From positions 15,006,241-15,070,240 of the forward strand of contig JARDVH010000179.1 in the NCBI GenBank assembly GCA_030324005.1: a stretch of 64,000 nt of DNA, written 5' to 3'. Position numbers and translations under genes: made by a program. Under the pieces are notes generated by a model. The model made no database searches. It was not told where the DNA came from and saw only the letters and a list, made by a program, of their open reading frames with translations. Positions 14,671-27,680 of the stretch are shown piece after piece. Source of the stretch: Negaprion brevirostris. Lineage: Eukaryota. Each line of letters begins with the position of its first letter. Within the stretch, counting starts at the first letter, position 1.

Positions 14671-16099
14671 CACTACTCTAAGAAAATCGCCTCTAAATAT
14701 GAGTAAATGGGTGGGCTTTATAATTATATAGGTAAAATAGAATAAGATCTATATGTTTGTTCACACATATAGTACCTCAAAAATCGCTTTAGAGATTAGG
14801 GGACATTGAAAGATGTTACAGAAGCATTCTTCCCATCAGCACAGAATTTCTAGATAAGCAGCATTGTTTGGAAGAACAGGAAATGTCAGAAAGGATTAGA
14901 GGACAGCAGGAAAAGCCCATGGATATAACAAAATAATCACAAAGGAAAATGTAAACATGGGAAGGTGAGGGAGAAAAGTTCAATGGGAATCCACTGGGTG
15001 GTGGTGCAGGAAGATGGAAATTTGATCTGTATTGATAGAGTTCTTTGTGCAAACCAAAATGAAGGGGCTAGCCTGGCTCCATTTCAATACCTTATCTCTT
15101 GAGAGTTGATTTTGTGAATATTGTGTTACTTTGCATGACTTTCACCGGGGAATTAGCCACAAATTGTGGAGTTTTTGCAAGCTAGCTGGGTTGTAAATGT
15201 TTAATGCACATCTTCGCTGCTATCATTCCTAACTCCCACCAATCACTGACCTTGTACTCTGATCCATTGCTCCACTCTCTCTTATACTGAACATAATCCA
15301 TTACAGTTCTCCCTCTTTAACTTTGAGGAGCCATAAAGTCTCGAAATGTTAACTGTTTTTCTCTCTCCACAGATGATGCCAGATGTGCTGAGTCTTTCTA
15401 GCATTTTTCTGTTTTTCTTTCAGATTCTAGCATCTATAGTAGTCTACCTTTATTTATATGAATGTTTAATTTTGGGATTATTTATTTTTGCTATTTTTAG
15501 TTTTATTTTTCACTTTTAGATCTACTTCAATTTTGAAATCAGAAGTCTGTTTACATATTTCTGTTGAACCCATAATCTTTCTGGTCTATACTGCAGCTCT
15601 ACAATGGGGGGAGTAATTAACCAAGGGAGGGTAGCCCTGCTTTTGGCTGAGAACTCATTGGGAAGGGTTGGTCTTATTAATACAATAAATATAAAACATA
15701 TCTATGTTCTGCTTTATGCTTATTTGAGGCTGGCTGAGCAAAATGTGGGATCACAGACAGAATGGTTCATGGGGTAATTAATCATAGTTTGATATTATTC
15801 AGTTGTGGAAACAGCTAAAATACTAACTGGACTGCTTATTTCTGAGGTCATGTAAAGGGTCAACACACAAGGTATGGAACAGGGGGGAGTGGAGAGCTTA
15901 ATAGTGAATGGGGAGGGAACATTTTTAAACTTGGATCACCCAGGGAAGAACAAGATAGGAGGAATAATTCTACTGGGGTAAGAAACAAGATCAGCCACTA
16001 CTGCTCATCAACAGTTTTTTGATTTGAATCACGGGCCCTAAGAGGCGCTTTGAGCGAACAGGAAGGACAGCTCCTGAAAGGAGGAGAGGTGATCAGGGA

Positions 16100-16530
16100 T
16101 AAAAACAGAAAACAGTGTAAACCTCAGTAGGTCTGGCAGTATCTGTGGACAGAGAAACAACATTAACATTTCGAGTCCATATACACTGAAGAAGTCATAA
16201 GGACTCAAAACATTCGCAGAAATCTTGCGGGCGTTTACACTGGCAGAATCTTACGGTCCCACTGGCAGCGCACCCCCACACCAGGTTTCTCAGCAGCCAA
16301 GGATGTATTCATTGGAAACCCCTGTTGACAATGGCGGGACCATAAGATCCCACTGCCAGTGAGTGGTGCACTGCCTCCTGCTGCCACGAAACACACCATG
16401 GAGGGACGGGAAAATCCCACCAAACAACTCTACAGTTTCTCTGTCCACAGCTGCTGCTAGGCCTGTTGAGTTTTTCCAGAATTTTTTATTTCAGATTTCA
16501 GTATTTACTGAAAGCAGTATTTTGCTTTTA
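16100..16530. mobile_element. Penelope-derived inverted-repeat element (third family) interrupted by a MITE at about 16216-16422
   Basis: Arm aaaacagaaaa...ctcagtaggtctggcagtatctgtggacagagaaac is complementary to gtttctctgtccacagctgctgctaggcctgttgagtttttccag; decayed core ctgaagaagtcataaggactcaaaac; the insert ends ggaaaatcccacc. Confidence 0.55.
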
Positions 16531-18324
16531 GCTTGGAGGTAAGCAGAGATGGCTGTGGGGCCAGCTAGGCTGCTCTCACTCTTTCCAAACAAGTTGCAGA
16601 ATCCCAGCTGTGGTGAGCCAGAAAGGGGCATGGGGAAGAGGGAGATCATATCGAGAAGGGGGAACAATTAAGCAATCATAAGAATATAATTGAATGGAAG
16701 ATTTGCCTTTTTAACATTTACAGTATTCAGTTAGAAGTACTGTCATCTCCCTTCAAATTCCGTTCCGATGTCTTCCTTCAAAAAGCCTTTCTCAAATTGC
16801 AAGGTTCAAGGTACAAAAATTTGTAGCCTGTTTCTGAGGTCCAGTCCCATTCCTAATATGCCAAAGAATGCAATTCCATCTTTCTAAGAGCATTCAACAT
16901 GATACAGATGATAAGCCAATGACAAGAAAACCTTGATTTGACTTGATTCTGGGACTGCCCAGTTGCAGTGTAGTGTTGACTGACATCCCAACACTGTCTG
17001 ACATATTTGAGGGGAATCAGTAAGCTGGCATTCAGTTGGAAAATTCCAACAATTCCATATGCTGAGGGACAATGTGACCAAATATCAGCCCTTATCTTCT
17101 GCCCAGGTGTCTAATACAAAATAGACTGGCATAATATGATTAACTATTGTTTGGAGTAAACTTTAAATCCTCAAACTTCGGTTGCAGGGAGTCGATAAAT
17201 TGAAGAAAACTTAATCGGCTATGATCTAAATATATACAGTGGAGTGATTTCTAAACCATGACAGCAATGTAATCTAGGCACTTTGGTAACCTAAACTAAT
17301 GTGCATTCTATTTATATATGTGCATTGTCCTCGCCTATAAACAAAACAAAATAGACACACACTTTCTGATAGCCCCTGGCATGGGCACAATGGCACAATC
17401 AGTTTGCCACCTATGTAAAAAACATGATTTTTCATCTTGAATGAATTTTCAAACTCAATTAATTAAGTGGGATATGGGGACATGCAAAGGGGAGGCCAAA
17501 GCTGGTGCCATCACATGGCACAGAGCTAAATAATCCATTGTGACACTAGCAATGCATGGTTACACCTTCATATATAACCACTCTTTACAGCTTTTTGAGA
17601 GTCTGACTCAGTGCACTGAATGCTATATGTAAATATCTGTACTGACGTTAGCAGACTGCACTGGTTGTTAACCAATCAGGAATCAAATGATAAGCTATCA
17701 GTAAATATGTTGGAATATTTTGAAAGAACGAAGGAGCGGATTTTTTAGAAATGCTCTTCATGAGTGTGAAATCCCTCTCTTTCCAATGTTGTTGCTGGGA
17801 GAACAAACAAAATCTGCCCCTGGACCAAAGCTGGGCACTAGGACATGGGTCACCATTGACCTGATAAGATTCTCCCTCCGTTTGAACTGTTCTACACCCT
17901 GAGGGGAGTAGGAGGATGCTTGGCATGTTTTCTATTTCTACCTCTCAGCATGACTAACATTGGTAGCTGAACTTTGCATTGGTTCCAGCTGGTTAACCTT
18001 TACCTATACGATGCCATTGCTATATTCCAATTAATTTCATCTATGCCGTTAAACAAGCAAGATGGTGCCTGCTGAGCTCCCATTGCTAATCCCTACTTTC
18101 CTGAAGTTGAAATTATTTTGTTTCTTTTGCTTTCAATTTTGACATGCCCTGTCTTCCAATTCAGGTTTGATGTGCTTCCAAGTCTAATTTCAACATTCCT
18201 AACAAAATGACCAACATTACCTTGAAGTTTCCTGGTGAATTTGGAGTGAGACTCACTGAATGAGTGGGCTGGACTGTGTGAACAGTCTATAGAAAGGATC
18301 ACAGTTGCTATTCGCCATCGAGTT

Positions 18325-19270
18325 TCACAGAATTTACTGGGCAGAAACAGGCCATTCAGCCTAACAGGTCTATAATGGCTCCTCTCACCTTATTTCATCT
18401 CATCCTCTCAATATATCCTACTATTTCTTTCTCCCTCATGTACATTAAATGTAGCTCTGCAATTCGCCTCAACTCTTTCAAAGCAGCAATAAATTCTAAC
18501 TACTCCCTAATTAATGAAATTTCTCCTGTTTTACCAATTTGATTTATTAATGGTTATTTTATATTTATAGTCCCTAGTTTCATACTCTCCTACAAGTGTT
18601 GAACACCTGAAAATTTTAAAGAGCTCCATCAGGACACTGTAGAGACCTAGGGAAAAAGAGCTCTTTCCTCTTCAACCATCCCTGATAATTATCACTTCTC
18701 AGTTCTGGTACCATCTTTGTGAATCTACTTTTGCACCTTCTCCAGTGCTTCTATAGCCTTTTGTGCAAGATGGAGGTTATATTTGTGCACTCCTACATGT
18801 GGTCTAACCAATATTCTAAATCAATTGACATAACTTCCCTGCATTTCAGTCATATTCCTCTAAAAATGTACTCTACATTGTTAACATTTTAAAGTTTTAT
18901 TAACCTGCTTTCCTAACTTTAACAATTTGTGAATCACCCTAAATCCCTTTATGCCAAATGGACTCTTATTTTTCAAGGAATATATTGCAAGTATCCAAAT
19001 GCCTCCTACCAAAATGCACCATTTCACACTTATTGGTATTGAAATCAATTTAGCATTTGCACATCCATTCTGCGTGTTTATTAATGTCTTCTTGTCACAG
19101 TTTCTTCGGTATTGACAAACCCCCGCAAATTAGCATCATCTGGAAATTTGAATAATTGGTGAATAACAGTGGGACTGGCACCAATCCTCGTCATTATTAA
19201 TCTGCTAGTCTGAGAAACTATCTTTATTCCCCTGCTCTGTTTTTCTATTTTGTAGTCAGTTTGCTATCAA
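18325..19270 (-). mobile_element. Old degenerate CR1 LINE 3' portion
   Basis: Tail gaaacaggccattcagccta followed by reverse ORF2 remnants (ttttgcaccttctccagtgc, tgtggtctaacca, aatgcaccatttcacactt). Confidence 0.6.
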
Positions 19271-22200
19271 TTTTGCTACTTGTCTGCTGATTGCTGTAAG
19301 AATTATCACTCATACTGCAGGTCTGAGATCGGCCTGAGTTACTGACTAGCCAATACCTGCACCTTTGACAGATTCCTTCCCAAGCAAAGAATCAAGCTGA
19401 AAACCGAGGAATTTGGAATTCTAGAGGAAACAAAGTATCCCTCAATATCAACTTGGAAGCAGCCAAGACTGACCACCACATAGATTAGGAACCATCAGGC
19501 AAACCATGGTCTTTCTTTACTTTCATTCTGACTAATATTTAAATAAACAGAGACGCATCACTCTCATATTTCCTACTTGGAAAATTATGTGTCTTGTGCA
19601 TTGTTTAGAATTACAGTTTTTAGGAATGATTAGAATCAAGAAGGCACAGTCTGAGAGTTGGTGGAAGCAGATTCAATTGTCATTTTCAAAAAGGTTGGAT
19701 AAAAATTGTGAGGCTANNNNNNNNNNNNNNNNNNNNNNNNNNNNNNNNNNNNNNNNNNNNNNNNNNNNNNNNNNNNNNNNNNNNNNNNNNNNNNNNNNNN
19801 NNNNNNNNNNNNNNNNNNNNNNNNNNNNNNNNNNNNNNNNNNNNNNNNNNNNNNNNNNNNNNNNNNNNNNNNNNNNNNNNNNNNNNNNNNNNNNNNNNNN
19901 NNNNNNNNNNNNNNNNNNNCAAGACTACAATCTGTGCCCAGCTGTGAGCATACTACTCTGAGTCACAATCCCTAAATCAGCTGCTGTCTCAGTCTACCAT
20001 TCTTCAGTACTCACTCTATCCCAATCCCCTTTGCAATCCTTGTTATGTATTATATGTTTAGCTTGCCTTGCTGTACTTTATAAGCCAGTGGATTGTGTGA
20101 TCAGAGAGAGGATCCATGTTTTCTCATTAGTTTGACTGTGATAGCAACAAGGAACATTTGCTGTGTTAATCATCTCCTGTGTCTACACGTGTACTGATTG
20201 ATCTTGAAACATACCACAATCAAAAACATACTCTTTTTGTTTTTTTTGGTCTCTATCATTCACACTGCCCACCTTTCACATTACATTATGCTTTACATCT
20301 CTTGCTTTGCCAGTCTATCTGATGGTGTTCCCCCCACTGATCTTTCTTCCTACAGCCCCACATACTTGAGCCCATCTATTCCATTACTCCCTGTTTGAAT
20401 CATTGATCACATCTTATCTAAAGCATCAAGACCATCTTGTACAGTTACCAATAATATCCTTGAGACTTCTCAACCCCTCCTTCAATTTTGGTACAACTGA
20501 TCCTTCCACCTCATGAGTAATGCTGTTTATTGGTTACACACTTATCAGAAAATGCTCTACTGTGTCTGCATTATCATGTCCAGCACATTCCAAGTTTTGA
20601 TTTTTAGCTATCCTTCAATTTCTAGTTTACATACTGCTTGCTGCATCCATGGCCTAGCTTCCATCTGTATGTTAACATTACGCAGCCTTTTCCCTTTGCA
20701 CCTGTTATTGTGTTAATTATTTAGCTGCATCAGACAGCAAGTCAAAGATATTCCACAACTTTCTCAAAGACAGTAACAGCATGTTTGAAGCTTCCCCATG
20801 AGAAATTGCTCAGTGCAGGCTAAAGCCACAAGTTCACATTTTCAGTGTCCCATATTACCCTCAACTGAGCAATAAAATCCACATTTGGTTTCATCACTAT
20901 ATATTATCACCGTTGCAATATCTACTTCATCTCTCCTGATTATAAAACCCTCCAATCTTGACTTCACCAAGTCAGGCTCCTGAAATCTTTCTGTCCTGCA
21001 GTTCCAAGGAAAGGCCAGCTGTATTTGCAGCTGCAACTTGTAAAAAAATAATCTTGACCTTGTTGAAAGCAACTATTTATAGATGTATAGAAATATAGAA
21101 ACTAGAAGCAGGAGTAGGCCACTTAGCCCTTCGAGGCTGCTCCGCCATTCATTTGAATCATGGATGATCATCAAATTCAATATCCTGATCTCCCCTTCCT
21201 CCCATATCCCTTGATCTCTTTAGCCCTAAGAGCTATATCTAATTTCTTCTTGAAATCAGACAACTTTTATATGAAACAGTTTGTGCTGTAACTAAATCAT
21301 CCTTGTTAGAAAGTGGGTAAATGCATCCCCTTTGAGGATTTATTTCTCAAAGTTTCAGGTATTTGCTGGGGTTCAGCTTTTAGAACCTGAACGGTATTAA
21401 CTCAAATGCCCTGGCACTTACAGGGGTATTCCTAGGGTCAAAATCTTGTGAAAGACAGAATTAATTGGTTCAAGGGAAGTGCAGGATTATTCACCATTCT
21501 CACCTCATTACCAAATACTTGATCCCAGATTTCTGATTATGGACACATTTTGTAGAAATCCACATGACCCATTAAACATTAATTCGTACCAAAATTATTC
21601 AGGTCTTTTTGGTGCTAAGGGCTGATGTCATGAGCAACACTGAGTAGCAGGCAAGTGAAGGCCCACAGGAATGGAAGATAAAAATTACAGGAGTAACAGT
21701 ATTTAAAATATACGGTCTATAAGAAATTGCTTTCTTTTGCCCTACGAAGGCCAATCTAAATGCATTCCTTGGCCTTTACATCCTCACAATAAAGACAAAG
21801 TTATGGATTCCAACTCTGGTGATATCCCACAGCAGAGCAGGGCACATGGCCCAGAGAACGTGGTGAGGGCCATGGATGAAAGGCTCCATGGGGCATGCAG
21901 GTGTCCCCAAGTCAAAACAAGAGTATCTTTGCCACAAATGGAGTATGCATATTTTATCTAGTCAGCTTGCAGGAGGACATATGGAATTTAATAGTAATAT
22001 TTGTTAAACATCCATTCTGTTGTCTAAAAATTGAAAACATGTGTCATCCTGAGGCAAGAATGGGGTAGAAAATGTTGAAATTAGGAGAGGAATAAGGAAC
22101 ATAAAAGAAAGATTATCCATGGGCTGGAAAAGAGAGGTTATGTATGGCTGGAAAAGAGAAGGGGACATATGGGCTGGATTATGTGGATTTCAGTGGGGGA

Positions 22201-24327
22201 CCGTGACTGAGATGGATGCACTGATGTGCCAACATTTCAACCTTTAACTGCAGTGAACACTCCACTACAACCAATCATGAGGCAATCTAATTCCTAATAT
22301 CAAGGCAAACATAGTTTACAGTGCTTGTAAGCAAATAAATAAATGGAGTTGACTTCAGCATTAAAATGCTGTGAAATAGATAGTTGGAAGCCACGTATAA
22401 AAGCATCAGAAAAATTGGTAGAGGGTAAGTTTTAGTATTGGACAATCTCAACAGTACCATATTTTGCCCACTTTCTAATGACTGCCTATTAGTGTTGGCA
22501 CATCTTTACATTGCAGCATGCAGGACAGAGAGAGAGGAGAAAATACCAGGTGATTAACCAGGTGTATTATGTAGGAAAAAGGGACCAATACAGGTTAGAA
22601 CTGCATTGACAGAAAGAAAATAGGAAAAAGCTTGAAAAGTTAGTAACAGTTAAACGGTCAGAGGTGAACTTGAAAATCAAAACTATTTAGTGCTGTAAAA
22701 ATTCTAATCTTCAGCCTGAATACCTGAAGAGAAATTGATTTGCCCTCTCTGAAACACACAACAATCATGCAACCCACAGGAAGGGGAGTGTGCTTGTTGT
22801 AAAACAACTTTTCTATATTGAACTCTTTTTAAAATTTTATTCACATCAATCAATGAACTTTTCTTTTCTGATTCAGGTTACACCAAGCTAAGGAAGGCTG
22901 GATTTAAACTCGGCTTTGCATTCAAAATATAAAAGCAATAATGGTAGAGTGGTGAAACTTTGATGATGCATTTTCTGTGCAACATTCAGATCTCTCAGCT
23001 TCTCTGGAATCTCACTTCTCCTAACTCTTCAGGGGAAGGATTGTCCTGGGCCACAATGTGTGGAAACTTTAACTGCATGTGAGGCTTCTTATCTGTAGTG
23101 AAACTGTGAACACATTCTAAATGAAGACTTACTGAAGGGGAAGCTTGCCGTGACAGATAGAAAAATTCTGTCTTTGGTTGTGAAGGTAACAAAACAAGAC
23201 AATTTGTTTCAGGGCATTTTGATTTGGGATTCAAATACTAGTTTAAAAGAATCATGTAACATGATCCTTAAAGGTTCATGTAGTGAGTAAATGTATGGAT
23301 TACGGCAGATACTGTGTCATAAAGTTCAGCAAGGTCTCAGGTTCCATCCCTGACATGTGTTGAATCAGCTGATCTCTGATGGGAAAGTGAGTAAATTCAC
23401 TATCCCCAACATAGGGAAAAGCCAAAGTTGTCATACTAGTGCTGCACAATGCATGTGTGTGGATGTCAATTGACGGCATGGCCACTAGGCTGTGGAGACC
23501 CTCACCACTCCGTGAGTCAAATAGCTTGCCAACACTTACTACCTGGTTTATCCGCAAAGAGTGGGCACCCAGGTGGAGTGTTAAGACTGGAATCTGTATT
23601 GTGGTGGTTAAGTGTGCCTCAAACGTGATGGGAGAAAATTGGAGGGAACAAAGGACTTACATTCACTTTAATTAATTGCTGTTCAATTTAGGATAAGTAG
23701 ATCTTGGATAAAACTAACTTGAGTGGCTGTTGAGTGGTTTGTTGGGGGTAGAGGGGGTATTTTCCCCTCCCTTATTCTTATATGAAAATACATCTTCCAC
23801 CAGATATTCCAAAAGGAAGATTGACACATTTGCAGATTGCGTGTTAGTTCTTCTGGTGCAGTGAACTTCTGAGACTGATCTAAAGGGACTACTAAAAATA
23901 TAAAAACTGGAGAAAGGACCCAAGACAGTTTGGCCCTGTGAGATGTAGTGAGTTTTTTTCTCCAGAACACACTGATAACAAGATCTGTAAATGCTAAAGG
24001 CAAAGGAAAAGCCCAATATCACACCCAAAAGCAAGCTGTTTGCTCAATTTTTAAAAACCAATTGTTGGATCAAATACTGCAGGCAGGAGGAAAATAGTGG
24101 TTTCAAATAAAAGAAAGTAATTGAGTTTGGGCAATAAATTAAATCTTGCTAAAAAAATTGAGGTATGATTTTTGGATAAGTATTCCATCAACTAATAGGT
24201 AAATCACATTTATTGTCAACCCTCTCAGACTCCTCCCACTTCTTTTGGACTGCACGATCCCTAATCCTAACAGTTCAAAGGTCACAGATTTTCTCCGACA
24301 CACTGAACACTAAGGACACATTTCTAC

Positions 24328-24424
24328 CTTATAAGCAACTCGCGCAGGGCATTTCTTCCCCAGGCCTAAGGGCGGAGACATGTGTCTCAACATCTCATAC
24401 ATATCAGTGTAACTGATGCGGCCA
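24328..24424 (-). CDS. CACNA1A: Exon 37b, EFb (97 nt, mutually exclusive): (R)[32 protein letters not shown]
   Basis: Long pyrimidine tract ending gctacaaag; donor AAG|gtagaa; same length and phase as 37a; seen in ORF 24310..24504. Confidence 0.95.
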
Positions 24425-24886
24425 CTTTGTAGCAGAAATGAGGCAAAAAGGAGATGTATCCAAGACGAACGAAAAGAAAAATGGAAGGAAACAAACAAAA
24501 ACAAAAAAATTACAAGGTTATTCTTAATGGGTCTGTCAATTGCAGAAATTCACCCAATATCTATGCAATGTCAAAATATTGCATAGGAATACAGAGAGCA
24601 TTTTCTTTTAGTCTTGATGGAAAAAGTCCTCTGCCTGTTGTGAGGAGATGCCAGTCTTTGTCAATGCAGTTTCTGTCCCTACAGTAATGAACACTACTAT
24701 ACCCAAGATGCCGAGTGATATTGGTTACGACAAGCAGCAATGGCTGAGGTTGAGGTTGGTCAGTGCATTTCCATGCTATTTTCTCTAGGTGACTGCATTT
24801 TCCTGCACATTCTACTTCAAGAAATGCAAAAAAAGAGAAAGCACACTCATTCATTGATGCTTAGGTTGGTAGGTTAGTGGAAGTCA

Positions 24887-25003
<117 letters not shown>

Positions 25004-26428
25004 TCAGTTAGTGAAAACAAGGCCCTGAGATTAAAACAGAGCAGAACGTCACAAGTTAACATATAGGAACTTAATTTAAAACAGTGTAAAACACATCACA
25101 TCAAAGCACTGAGAATCTAATTAGCTGGTTTGTGGAGGTCAATCAACACATGCCTAGAATCCATCTTAAACAGAGTTTCATTCTATCAGTCAGTAATTAG
25201 AATATAAATCAGATATCTAATCTCTTACATTGTCCAGTCTTTTTCTGATATTGAGGTGTTTGTTATTAAAGGTTTTCATTGAATTTTCATCAGCAGTAAA
25301 GCAACCATCAGATTTAAAGTCAGGACACCATCTCCAGCTGCCCTTTGACAATTTTTGGGAAAAGATGAGGAACTAAGCATGCTTTTCAATGTAGGTAGAA
25401 GTGGCCTTGATGTTATATGACTTGCAATGACTACAAATCAATTCCATGTGATGTCACTGCTCTGCACAATGATGATTTTTAATTGCAAAGACCTGATCTT
25501 GATTAAATTTCTTTTAAGGGTTTAAAGTTTGGGGTTAAAATAATGTTATGTTATGACTTGCTTCAGAATCTATGTTACATGGAGTGAAGTTGGAAGACAC
25601 AAGGAATAACAGCTGAAACTGCCTAAACTACATGAGAACAGAGTTTTTATTTTAACAACATGGGAATGTAGGTTTGAGGTTACAATCAGACCAGCCATGA
25701 ACTTATTGAACTGGTGGAGCAGATTCGAGGACCTGGGTCGCCTACTCCTGCTCCTAATTTGTATTCAACATGAAATGGCCATGAGGCCCAACAAGTCCCA
25801 TTCCTCTTCAAGGTTGACTCTGTCCTCTTGCTCACCTATAAATTAGGATAATGTATGAAGTGCACCAGGTATTTGCGGATGTTGTAAGTCTGTTCACACA
25901 ATGCAAACTCATCCTGTTCAATTCGGTTACGTTCACCTTAGTGATGGAAAGGGATAGGCATGAACCTAGGGTCAGTAGTTTCAGCTGGGGGAAGNNNNNN
26001 NNNNNNNNNNNNNNNNNNNNNNNNNNNNNNNNNNNNNNNNNNNNNNNNNNNNNNNNNNNNNNNNNNNNNNNNNNNNNNNNNNNNNNNNNNNNNNNNNNNN
26101 NNNNNNNNNNNNNNNNNNNNNNNNNNNNNNNNNNNNNNNNNNNNNNNNNNNNNNNNNNNNNNNNNNNNNNNNNNNNNNNNNNNNNNNNNNNNNNNNNNNN
26201 NNNNNNNNNNNNNNNNNNNNNNNNNNNNNNNNNNNNNNNNNNNNNNNNNNNNNNNNNNNNNNNNNNNNNNNNNNNNNNNNNNNNNNNNNNNNNNNNNNNN
26301 NNNNNNNNNNNNNNNNNNNNNNNNNNNNNNNNNNNNNNNNNNNNNNNNNNNNNNNNNNNNNNNNNNNNNNNNNNNNNNNNNNNNNNNNNNNNNNNNNNNN
26401 NNNNNNNNNNNNNNNNNNNNNNNNNNNN

Positions 26429-26580
26429 GGGCAATTTAGCATGGCCAATCCGCCTAACCTGCATGTTTTTGAAGTGTGGGAGGAAACCCACACAGACAGG
26501 GGGAGAATGTGCAAACTCCACACAGTCACCCAAGGCCGGAATTGAACCCCTGGAGCTAAAACCATTGTGCCACCGTTTGC
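26429..26580 (-). mobile_element. HE1-type V-SINE fragment next to a gap
   Basis: gggcaatttagcatggccaatcc...gtgggaggaaaccc...aattgaaccc; homologous to 10801-11120. Confidence 0.75.
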
Positions 26581-27544
26581 CTAGCAAAGCCGCTACCAGA
26601 GCTTTAATTACATATTTGGGTTTCTTCCTTTCTAGTCCTTCATCATCTCTTCCAGCGCTGCAGCATCGCTTTCTAGTACCAGGAACCCTCTCTTATTGGG
26701 TTGGGGTGGTGGGATGGTAGCTTCACCTCAAGATCCGATGTGCCTCACAAATTGAATCCTGAATTAGGAAAATGGATTTGGTTTCCTTCACATTGAAACT
26801 CCACCCCAAACAGGAAAATCCATCCCTGGAATCAGCTTTAGTCAAATGAGGGAATCAGAAGCTGGGGTGATTCTTTATTTGAAACTGTGGTGCTTACGTT
26901 TTCTAGAAGAATCAAATATCGAGCTATAATATATGGTAAGCAAAAATAATGTCATAATGGCTATTATATTTAACAAATAGTTTGTTCAAATAGAAACAGA
27001 GCTGTGATTTTGTGATTCTGTGATTCAGACAGGAAAAATCCTGATTTCTCGTTAATCTTGCCTCAATCACTTTCTGATACCCTACTACGCACCCCTGAAT
27101 ANNNNNNNNNNTTAGCCTGAGAGCAGATACTTTGTGTAGCACTGTTCCTGCTGTTAGGGTACAAAGCTTTGCTCCAATGACACCATCAACAGGGAGCACC
27201 ATCTATTAACTATTGTCTTGGTCACAAATGCGCAGCTATCTGTCTTTACAATCCTTGTATTTTGGGAGAAAAGCCACGCACTATCCATCCTCTTTGGTCA
27301 TCTGGAGACTAGCTTTAATCCACTATAAAATGTGTAGTAATATCTCTAATGCATTCCTATGAATGGATATAAAGAAGCAGGCAGGCGCTGTATTATTACT
27401 ATATGTACTGAAATGCAAGACCGAGCAAGAAGAGAAACAATGCTAGTAAACTTTCCTTAGTTTCCTTTCAAAAGTTCAAGATATCAGAATTATCAAGTTA
27501 CTGTCAAAAGCAATGGTGAGGCCCAACCTGTTAATCTCTAATAG

Positions 27545-27680
27545 GTTTGACAACAAGTCATCTGGACTCAAAATGTCAGCTCTTTTCTCTCCTCACAGAC
27601 ACTGCCAGACCTGCTGAGATTTTCCAGCATTTTCTCTTTTGGCTTCAGATTCCAGCATCCGCAGTAATTTGCTTTTATCC
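27545..27680 (+). mobile_element. Single arm of the Penelope-derived (third family) repeat
   Basis: gtcatctggactcaaaatgtc...cacagacactgccagacctgctgagattttccagcatttt...ttcagattccagcatccgcag; similar copies at 15325-15450, 57085-57170 and 60160-60320. Confidence 0.6.

Noticed and set aside
25832-26720. Long ORFs in the track spanning N runs (also at 3111-3444, 19587-19961, 42664-43122, 47110-47551)
   Set aside because: Their length is an artefact of translating assembly gaps.
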